Shown: positions 55,647 to 64,000 of the stretch, in pieces | How the letters are laid out: each line of letters begins with the position of its first letter | How positions within the stretch are numbered: the stretch's first letter is position 1 | Notes under the pieces: model-generated | Database searches by the model: none | What the model saw: only the letters and a program-made list of their open reading frames with translations | Told to the model about the DNA's origin: nothing | Assembly (NCBI GenBank): GCA_963829055.1 | Contig: CAWHHI010000008.1 | Span: 192,001 to 256,000 of the forward strand | DNA length: 64,000 nucleotides | Reading direction: 5' to 3' | DNA from: an uncultured Gemmatimonadaceae bacterium | GTDB lineage: Bacteria; Gemmatimonadota; Gemmatimonadetes; Gemmatimonadales; Gemmatimonadaceae | Position numbers and translations under genes: made by a program

Positions 55647-56497
55647 TGCAGACGACAGCGCCATTCTCCCCCCATGACGCGTCGTCGAACGCACCGGCGG
55701 CCGGGAGCCTCCGTCTCCCTCCGGCAGAGCCTCCGTATTATGTCGCTGGCGGCGAGGAAATAGCGCTATTCGAAGCGGCTCATGCCGACGGCACCGCCGT
55801 GATGCTCAAGGGCCCGACCGGCTGCGGGAAGACGCGTTTCGTCGAATTCATGTCGTGGCGCCTCGCGCGACCGCTCGTCACCCTGGCCTGTCATGACGAC
55901 CTATCGGCAACCGACCTCACCGGACGCTGGCTCGTTCGGGGCGGCGACACCGTGTGGCAGGACGGCGCACTCACCCTCGCTGCGCGACATGGAGCGATCT
56001 GTTATCTGGACGAGGTCGTCGAGTCGCGGCAGGACGTGGTCGTTGTCATTCACCCGCTCAGCGATCACCGTCGTCTCCTGCCGATCGAGAAACACGGCGA
56101 GATCGTCGATGCCGCGCCAGGCTTCCAACTCGTTATCTCGTACAATCCCGGCTACCAACACTCGCTCAAGGAGCTCAAGCCGAGCACGCGACAGCGCTTC
56201 ATCACCGTTAGCTTCGATTTCCCGCCGCCGGATGTCGAGCGCGAGATCGTGGTGCACGAAGGACGCGTGGACGAGGCGACGGCGCGACAGCTCGTTGAAC
56301 TGGCGATTCGCGTCCGCCGACTCCGCGATCGGGGGCTTCCCGAGGTGCCCAGCACGCGCGTGCTCGTTGCTACCGCAAGGCTGATTGCTCGAGGAATAAG
56401 CCCAACAGTGGCCTGTCAGTCGGCGATTGCCGGCCCCCTGACCGACGACCCCGACGTCCTCACGGCCATCGACGATCTGATACGGGGAATGTTCTGA
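55643..56497 (+). CDS. norQ: NorQ/CbbQ/NirQ AAA+ ATPase
   Basis: LKGPTGCGKTRF, CYLDEVVE, SYNPGYQ, LKPSTRQRF, STR. Confidence 0.93.
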   Translation: MMQTTAPFSPHDASSNAPAAGSLRLPPAEPPYYVAGGEEIALFEAAHADGTAVMLKGPTGCGKTRFVEFMSWRLARPLVTLACHDDLSATDLTGRWLVRGGDTVWQDGALTLAARHGAICYLDEVVESRQDVVVVIHPLSDHRRLLPIEKHGEIVDAAPGFQLVISYNPGYQHSLKELKPSTRQRFITVSFDFPPPDVEREIVVHEGRVDEATARQLVELAIRVRRLRDRGLPEVPSTRVLVATARLIARGISPTVACQSAIAGPLTDDPDVLTAIDDLIRGMF

Positions 56498-56512
56498 CGG
56501 TGGGCTGACGAC

Positions 56513-58501
56513 GTGTCGGAGCCGGAAGAGGTCATCACCGACGCAGCACTCATCGCGACGTCGGCGGCCCGCACGCTCTGGGCGAGTCGGCGCACGCCCG
56601 ATGCGCGGGCAGCGCTCGGCGATGTTCGGCGCCGTGTCGAGCTGTTCATCGCAACGCTGTTCCCCGGTGCGCCGATGATCGGCGCGGCGGAACCGCCGGC
56701 CCCGCTGTCACTCCTGGCCAGGCTGGCCGGATACGCCGACCGCGCCGCGCCTCCGATCCCGTTGGCCTCTGTCGATGGAACGCGACTCCGTCTTCCACCG
56801 CGAGTCGATGCAACTGGAGAGCGGGCAGTCGCTCTCTATCGTCTGCTGGCGCTGGAGCAGGCGGCGCGTGCCGAGCGAGGGACGACTTCGTCCGTCCCTT
56901 CGGATGATCGGCTCGTTCGCGACCTGTACCTGCTGTCGGAGGCGGCGATGGTGGATATGCAACTGGCGACGTTACTGCCACGCCTCGGCCACGACATCGC
57001 TGACGCGCGGGCGACGGCACTCGCGGAGCGGCGACGGGGGAAGTCGACGCCGAAGGAAACGGCAGTGGAGCAGCTCGTTTCGGCACTCCTCGCTGCACCG
57101 CCCCTCGAGCCGCCAGCGCCGTTCGCGCACTGTGACACACCGCTCGAATCTCTCACCTGGGCGCGCTCGACTGGATCAGCCATGGCATTGCTGCGGGGCC
57201 GATACCGCGGAGCCACACCAGTCGCGTTGTGGGGGACGATCGCTCCTCCTCGCGACGCGATCCCCCCCGCACCTGAGAGTGATGAGTCGAGGCGCCCGAC
57301 GAATTCGCCGCGCTCGCACACGATGCGACGTCGCCCGCGCGTGCGCGAAGCCTCCGCCGACGAGAGCGACCCACAACCTGGTATCTGGATCGTCCGTGCT
57401 GACGATCCGCAGGAGAGCGTCGAGGACCCAGTGGGCCTTCAGCGCCCCGTTGACCAGGAGAAAGCCCCGAACGCCGCTGAGCTAGGCGACGCACTCTCAG
57501 ACCTGCGCGAGGCAAGGCTCGTTCGCACTCCCGACAGTCCGCACGACGTGCTCGCAAGTGAGGAACCGGTCCCCCGCGCACCAGCGGAACGTTCGAGCGG
57601 CGAGCCGCAGCGATTCGCGATCGTCTACCCCGAGTGGGACTACCGCATTTCGAGCTACAATCTGGATGGCGCTGTCGTGCGCGAGTTGGAGAGTGGGCGT
57701 TCCGATTCAGCATGGGCGAATCGAATGCTCGCCGAGCGTGCGTCGCTGGTGCGGCAGGTGCGGCGTGACTTCGAGAGACTTCGTCCCCGGCGAGAAATCG
57801 TCAGACGCCAGCACGACGGTTTTGACATCGACATCGACGCCTGGGTCACGACCGCAGCCGACGTGGCTGCCGCAGGCGCTCCCGACGAACGGCTCTACCT
57901 GTCCGATCGGCGACTGCGGCGCGACGCGGCGATCGTCCTGCTCGTGGACGTCAGCGCCTCCACCGATTCGTGGATTGCCGGCGTGCGTCGCGTGATCGAC
58001 GTCGAGCGGGAGGCGCTCCTCATTGTGAGTGAGGCGCTCGCGGCGCTAGGCGATCCACATGGGATCTACGCCTTCCGCGCACAGGGATCGCGCCATGTGG
58101 ACCTGCTTCGGATCAAGGGCTTCGCCGACCCCACCGGCGGCACGGTGACCGCGCGCATTGCGGGACTCGAGCCCGACGGGTACACGCGAATGGGCGCTGC
58201 GGTTCGCCACGCCACCGCACTCCTCGGGCGCGAGCGCGCGCGCCACCGTCTGTTGCTGCTCCTGTCCGACGGTCGGCCCAATGACGTGGACCTGTACGAG
58301 GGAAAATACGGTCTCGAGGATACCCGACAGGCGTTCGCGGAGGCCCGCGCGCAGGACGTACATCCCTTCTGCGTCACCGTCGACCGCGATGCGCCGGCGT
58401 ATGCGTCGCACGTCTTTGGGCGGGGGCACGCGGTGCTGCGGGATCCGGCGCTGCTGCCACAGGTGCTGATCGGTGTTCTCCGAAGATTGCTTCCGCGCTG
58501 A
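56513..58501 (+). CDS. norD: NorD VWA-domain activation protein
   Basis: YPEWDY, DVSAST (MIDAS), YTRMGAAVRHA, LSDGRPND, YGLEDTR. Confidence 0.9.
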   Translation: MSEPEEVITDAALIATSAARTLWASRRTPDARAALGDVRRRVELFIATLFPGAPMIGAAEPPAPLSLLARLAGYADRAAPPIPLASVDGTRLRLPPRVDATGERAVALYRLLALEQAARAERGTTSSVPSDDRLVRDLYLLSEAAMVDMQLATLLPRLGHDIADARATALAERRRGKSTPKETAVEQLVSALLAAPPLEPPAPFAHCDTPLESLTWARSTGSAMALLRGRYRGATPVALWGTIAPPRDAIPPAPESDESRRPTNSPRSHTMRRRPRVREASADESDPQPGIWIVRADDPQESVEDPVGLQRPVDQEKAPNAAELGDALSDLREARLVRTPDSPHDVLASEEPVPRAPAERSSGEPQRFAIVYPEWDYRISSYNLDGAVVRELESGRSDSAWANRMLAERASLVRQVRRDFERLRPRREIVRRQHDGFDIDIDAWVTTAADVAAAGAPDERLYLSDRRLRRDAAIVLLVDVSASTDSWIAGVRRVIDVEREALLIVSEALAALGDPHGIYAFRAQGSRHVDLLRIKGFADPTGGTVTARIAGLEPDGYTRMGAAVRHATALLGRERARHRLLLLLSDGRPNDVDLYEGKYGLEDTRQAFAEARAQDVHPFCVTVDRDAPAYASHVFGRGHAVLRDPALLPQVLIGVLRRLLPR

Positions 58502-58649
58502 AGCGTTCAACGGCGGATCGAGCTCGCCGCGCACCGACACTTCGGAGGCGGCCTAACGCCGGCCTCGCCGGAACTACGGGCGTTTCTGGACAGGAATGTC
58601 CGCATCGACATTGACGCGCGGCGAGAGCGGCGTGGTCGCTAGTGGCTCG

Positions 58650-59159
58650 TCAGGACGCGTCGCCGTCCAGCTCGCGCGTCATCTCGATCATCGTCCGCCG
58701 GAACCCGGCTCGAGCGAACAGGCGCTGCGCCGGCTCGTTCTGCTCCGCCGTCGAGAGGACGACGCGCGGCGCGCCCCGCGCCTCGAGCGCCGCTAGCGTC
58801 GCGTCGAGCAGCATGCGACCGACGCCGCGCCCGCGATGGGCGGGATCGACGACGATGTCGTACAACGCGCCCGCCGGCCCGCGAAGCGCCATGTAGTCGT
58901 ACCCTTCGACGCCCGCGTACGTGTAGCCGAGCACCTCACCGTCCTGTTCGGCGACAAGGATGACGATGTCCTGGTCCCGGAGCAGCGAACCCAGATACGA
59001 GCCGTAGCCGTGCTCGGTCCGCGGCGTGGCCGCGATGAAGCGCTGGGGGTCGAAGTCGTGGTGAGTCTTTACGAGGAGCGCGCCGAGTCGGCCGATGGCC
59101 GGGACGTCCGCGGGAGAGGCGGGACGGATGGTGACGGCTGAAGGTTCTACTGGCGGCAT
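58650..59159 (-). CDS. GNAT N-acetyltransferase
   Basis: VDPAHRGRGVG...NEPAQRLFARAGF. Confidence 0.9.
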   Translation of the reverse strand: MPPVEPSAVTIRPASPADVPAIGRLGALLVKTHHDFDPQRFIAATPRTEHGYGSYLGSLLRDQDIVILVAEQDGEVLGYTYAGVEGYDYMALRGPAGALYDIVVDPAHRGRGVGRMLLDATLAALEARGAPRVVLSTAEQNEPAQRLFARAGFRRTMIEMTRELDGDAS

Positions 59160-59200
59160 CGGTTGACGTTAGGCAGTGAGCGCGCCCGCCGCCAGGGCGC

Positions 59201-59920
59201 TCAGGCGTCCCTTCCCGCGACGCGGTAGCGGAGCCAGATCACGTCGTCGGCGCGCCGCTCGACCGATTCCAGCGCGAGCCGGTGCGGAGCTACGCCGTCG
59301 CCGTGGACGTCGAAGAGCGCCGGCGTCCCGATGCGGCCGTCAGCCACGGGTGCCAGGAGCAGGCTCACCTCGTCGATCAGCCCCGCGCGCAGCAGCCCGC
59401 CGTTGATCGCTCCGCCGCCTTCCAGCATCAGTGTGCGCACGGCGAAGCGCTCACCGATCTTCTCGAGTGCCGCGGCCAGATCGACGTCGCGTGCCCCGGC
59501 GATGAGATACGACACGCCGCGTTCACGCAGGAAAGCGAGATACTCGTCCGACACACGCTCCGACAGGATCGCGACGACGTGGTCGCCGTCGATGTCGTTC
59601 GACTCCCAGGCCAGCCGCCCACCCGCGTCGACCGCGAACGCGAACGACTCGTACGCGCCCGGCGCGATGAAGTCCTCGCGCGGCATACCTCCCGCCCGCT
59701 CGCGCGCGACCTCCGCTTCGGAACGCGTTCGCTTCGCGAACGGCTCCATCGTCACACGGCCGCAGATCCAGCCGTCGGCATCGTAGCCCGCGTGCACGAT
59801 CTCGTATTGCGCGGCGCGCTTCCGCCGAGATGGGCCAACCATCGACGACAATGCGCCCGTCCACGGACGCCATCATGTGGCAGATCACGCGCGGGCGCCG
59901 CGATGTCGGTGCGGTGGAGC

Positions 59921-59924
<4 letters not shown>
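59201..59924 (-). CDS. RibD C-terminal domain reductase-like protein; frameshift near 59825
   Basis: ICHMMASVDGRI, LMLEGGGAING, LIDEVSLL. Confidence 0.85.
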
Positions 59925-60931
<1,007 letters not shown>

Positions 60932-60966
60932 CGAGTTCTATCCGGATCTGGCGTAAAGGTGATTGC

Positions 60967-62001
60967 TCAAAGCTCGATCATGACCTTGATGGACTCGCGC
61001 TCATTCATCGCCCGGTAGCCATCAGGCACGCCTTCGAGATCAATCACGCGATCGAACACTCGGCCCGGTTCGATTCTGCCTTCGAGGACATCCGGCAGCA
61101 GCTCCTCAATGTAGGCGCGCACCGGAGCCGGGCCACCGGCGATGGTGACGTTGTTGAAGAACGTCTCTCGCGCCAGCGGAATCGAGTCGTCTTGCGGCAC
61201 GCCGACACGGCCAACGGCGCCGCCAGGGCGGGCGATGCTCAAGGCGGTGCGCATCGACTCCTCGTAGCCAACGCACTCGAGCACGGAGTGAGCGCCGAGC
61301 CCGCCGGTGAGCTCGCGCACGCGCTCGATCGCTTCGTCTCCGCGCTCGCTGACGACGTCCGTCGCGCCGAACTCCCGTGCGAGCGCGATCCGGTCGCGAT
61401 GACGACCCAGCATGATGATCTGCTCGGCGCCAAGTCGGCGGGCGGCGATCACGCCGCAGAGGCCGACGGCGCCATCGCCGACGACCGCCACCGTCTTCCC
61501 CCGGCGGACCTTCGCGGCGAGGGCCGCGTGGTGGCCGGTGCCCATCACGTCAGAGAGCGTGAGGAGCGAGGGCATCAATGCGTCGTCGCGGCCCACCGGA
61601 AGAGCGACGAGTGTTCCGTCCGCTTGTGGGACGCGCACCGCCTCGCCCTGACCGCCGTCCACGTCGGGACTGCCCCACCCGCCACCGTTGAGACACGAGG
61701 TCTGCAACCCATCCCGGCAGAACACGCACGTGCCGTCCGACCAGACGAACGGAGCGACGACGAGGTCGCCTGCCTTGATCGTGCGAACATCCGGGCCCAC
61801 GGCAACCACGGTGCCGATGAACTCGTGCCCCATGCGTCGCCCGGTCTCGTTAGGCTGCATCTTCTTGTACGGCCAGAGGTCGCTGCCGCAGATGCAGGCG
61901 TGGGTGATGTCGACCAAGGCATCGGTCGGTTTCATCAGCCGCGCGTCAGGAACGGTTTCGACACGGACGTCGCCCGCGCCGTACATCAGAGTTGCTCGCA
62001 T
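60967..62001 (-). CDS. Zinc-dependent alcohol dehydrogenase (MDR)
   Basis: CICGSDLW, GHEFIG, LSDVMGTG, GDGAVG. Confidence 0.92.
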   Translation of the reverse strand: MRATLMYGAGDVRVETVPDARLMKPTDALVDITHACICGSDLWPYKKMQPNETGRRMGHEFIGTVVAVGPDVRTIKAGDLVVAPFVWSDGTCVFCRDGLQTSCLNGGGWGSPDVDGGQGEAVRVPQADGTLVALPVGRDDALMPSLLTLSDVMGTGHHAALAAKVRRGKTVAVVGDGAVGLCGVIAARRLGAEQIIMLGRHRDRIALAREFGATDVVSERGDEAIERVRELTGGLGAHSVLECVGYEESMRTALSIARPGGAVGRVGVPQDDSIPLARETFFNNVTIAGGPAPVRAYIEELLPDVLEGRIEPGRVFDRVIDLEGVPDGYRAMNERESIKVMIEL

Positions 62002-62049
62002 TGATGGCCTTTCGTGTCAGTTGACAGTTGCCGGTGCTTCGTCGACAAC

Positions 62050-62305
62050 GAGAGACGAGTCGTCCGGGTAGGTGTGCCGCGTGGAGCGATAGCGTTTGCG
62101 AATCCGAGGCCGATGCGACTTCCGGAGCACTGGTTCCGACAGCGACATGCCGGGCACGACACTCTGCGCCATTCCAACGGATGTTCTCGAGCAGCGGCTG
62201 CGCCCAGTAGAGGTTGCCGACAGCCGTGCCTCCGGCGACCGCGAACAGCAGCGTCAATCCGCGGGACATCCCTGGGGGTCCGCGGTGTCCAGTGGGGCTG
62301 GTCAC
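62050..62305 (-). pseudogene. MFS transporter remnant (first TM only)
   Basis: [23 protein letters not shown] is a typical MFS TM1; similarity ends after about 42 codons. Confidence 0.65.
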
Positions 62306-62706
62306 GTGTTCGGGCGCTGGTACTGCTCATCGCTGACGTGCTCCATCCAGTCGACGGCCTTGCCGTCGAGCGCCTCCTGGATGGCGATGTGTTGCATGGC
62401 CGTGGTCGCCGCTGCGCCGTGCCAGTGCTTCTCGTTAGGCTCGAACCACACCACGTCGCCCGGACGCACTTCCTCGACCGGTCCGCCCTCGCGCTGTACC
62501 CAGCCGCAGCCGAAGGTGACGATCAGCGTCTGACCCAGCGGATGCGTGTGCCACGCGGTGCGCGCGCCAGGCTCGAACGTGACGGCATTGCCTGCCGCTC
62601 GCGCCGGAGCGCTGGCTCCGTACAACGGATCGATCCGGACGGTGCCGGTGAACCAGTCAGCCGGGCCCTTCCCCGACGGCTGTGAGCCGCTTCGCGTGAT
62701 TTTCAC
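62302..62706 (-). CDS. Cupin domain protein
   Basis: [39 protein letters not shown]. Confidence 0.92.
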   Translation of the reverse strand: MKITRSGSQPSGKGPADWFTGTVRIDPLYGASAPARAAGNAVTFEPGARTAWHTHPLGQTLIVTFGCGWVQREGGPVEEVRPGDVVWFEPNEKHWHGAAATTAMQHIAIQEALDGKAVDWMEHVSDEQYQRPNT

Positions 62707-62749
62707 CTGTCGTTCTCCCTGGTTGTCGTTCGTGCGCACACGACGTGGT

Positions 62750-62826
62750 GCAGCGGGCTCTCTCCGGAACAGCTCGGTCGCCACTCGTGCGATGCTGCAG
62801 TTGGCAAGAATCAGGACGTTGTTCAC
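62750..62826 (-). pseudogene. Possible N-terminal remnant of an NAD(P)-binding oxidoreductase
   Basis: [20 protein letters not shown] resembles a degenerate Rossmann beta1-alpha1 start. Confidence 0.35.
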
Positions 62827-62985
62827 GTTCGATTGCAATCAAGCGTGACTCGACACGCCGATCTACTTGACCGAGGTTGTCGCCCCGGTAAGCTCTCCTT
62901 CACAATGGCCGACGAACGACCATCTGCGTGCCAACAGACCAACAAACACGCGAGCGCAACGTCAATGGTGCCGCGAGGAGCGTCG

Positions 62986-63735
62986 ATGCCACATACACAC
63001 GTAGAGATCGCAACCGGCGATGGCCGGTGCCCGACGCACATTTATCACCCGGACGGAGCCGGGCCCTGGCCCGCGGTGATCGTGTACATGGACGCCGGCG
63101 GCATAAGGCCGGCGATGATGGAAATCGCCGAGCGGATCGCGAACGACGGGTATTACGTGCTGCTGCCGGACCTGTTCTACCGCGTGGAATTCGACGCCAG
63201 CCAGGCGATGCGAATCTTCACCGACCCTGCCTACTTTCAGGAGATCAAGACGCGCGTGATGCCTTCGGCGAGCCCGACCAACGTTATGCGCGACACCGAA
63301 ACACTGTTGGCGCATCTCGCCTCGGACCCGCGTGTACGCAGTGACCGCGTCGGGATCACCGGCTACTGCATGGGCGGTCGTCTGGCGCTGTATGCGGCGG
63401 GTCATTTCGGCGATTCGATCACCGCGTCGGCGTCGTATCACCCGGGCGGGGTTGCGACCGACTCGCCGGAGAGTCCGCACCGACTCGCCCCGCGAATGAA
63501 AGCGCGGATCTATGTCGGCGGCGCGAGAGACGATCCCGGTTTCGACGACGCACAGAAGGCGCGGCTGGAGCGAGCGCTGACCGACGCCGGCGTCGATCAC
63601 ACTGTCGAGACGTACAACGCGCTGCACGGCTGGGTACCGTCTGACACGCCGGTGCACGACGAGGCTGCGACGGCGAGGCACTGGGACACGCTGCTCGCGC
63701 TCTACCGGGATACGCTGAAAGCGGCGCAGGCGTGA
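62986..63735 (+). CDS. Dienelactone hydrolase family protein
   Basis: GAGGAG RBS; GYYVLLPDLFYR, GYCMGG, ALHGW. Confidence 0.92.
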   Translation: MPHTHVEIATGDGRCPTHIYHPDGAGPWPAVIVYMDAGGIRPAMMEIAERIANDGYYVLLPDLFYRVEFDASQAMRIFTDPAYFQEIKTRVMPSASPTNVMRDTETLLAHLASDPRVRSDRVGITGYCMGGRLALYAAGHFGDSITASASYHPGGVATDSPESPHRLAPRMKARIYVGGARDDPGFDDAQKARLERALTDAGVDHTVETYNALHGWVPSDTPVHDEAATARHWDTLLALYRDTLKAAQA

Positions 63736-63736
63736 C

Positions 63737-64000
63737 ATGGACGTATTCGAAGTTGTCATCGCATTACTCGTAGGCGGCGCCGCTCTGGCCGCCGTAGCCA
63801 GGCGCATCGGGGCACCATACCCGGCGCTCGTCGCGCTCGCCGGAGCCGGACTCGCGCTCGTGCCCGGCGCGCCGACGCTCGTCCTCGATCCCGAGCTCGC
63901 GCTCGCGCTGTTCGTCGCTCCCGTGCTGCTGGACGCCGCGTTCGACTCGTCGCCGCGCGACCTGCGCGCCAACTGGCGGGCCGTCGCGAGCCTCGCCCTC
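63737..64000 (+). CDS. CPA1 Na+/H+ antiporter (NhaP-like), runs off the window end
   Basis: MDVFEVVIALL...IGAPYPALV...LDPELALALFVAPVLLDAAF. Confidence 0.85.
   Translation, partial: MDVFEVVIALLVGGAALAAVARRIGAPYPALVALAGAGLALVPGAPTLVLDPELALALFVAPVLLDAAFDSSPRDLRANWRAVASLAL

Noticed and set aside
53025..58550. Absence of the GCCTAACG motif across the nor cluster as proof of recent transfer
   Set aside because: It is the longest gap (5.5 kb), but with a mean spacing near 1.3 kb a gap of this size is plausible by chance, and a 4.6-kb gap also occurs at 44623-49221; suggestive only.

Overview
A GC-rich (about 65-70% by eye) bacterial chromosomal segment. Gene content suggests Gemmatimonadota (BTAD-TM-TPR regulator, plug-only lipoprotein, tandem M16 peptidases); this is inference, not a database result. 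Many otherwise intact genes carry single-base frameshifts, as expected of an unpolished long-read assembly, so genes were reconstructed across frames. Housekeeping content: fused 2-oxoacid dehydrogenase E1, htpX, csaA, sulfurtransferase, cobB, pdxH, rsgA, proline dehydrogenase, fadI-fadJ, glpD, greA, a DHS-LOG operon and queG. A two-armed copper locus occupies 12.4-23.1 kb. One arm is a Cys/His/Pro leader ORF, TonB receptor, BNR lipoprotein and TlpA; it converges on copZ-cupredoxin-copA-csoR plus two uncharacterised exported proteins. An accessory region after queG holds a degenerate copy of the queG 3' end, deletion remnants and a norC-norB-norQ-norD nitric oxide reductase cluster with a diheme NorC and an unannotated 45-aa membrane ORF. 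Non-coding highlights: a yybP-ykoY (Mn-sensing class) riboswitch ahead of htpX, a leader terminator ahead of greA, a CsoR-type operator, and several palindromic or heptamer repeats. The most striking window-wide signal is the non-palindromic octamer GCCTAACG/CGTTAGGC. It has about 35 exact copies by hand count, with no strand bias, and sits inside genes through rare codons, resembling a DUS- or HIP1-like dispersed genomic signal. No tRNA, rRNA, CRISPR array, integrase or transposase was seen.
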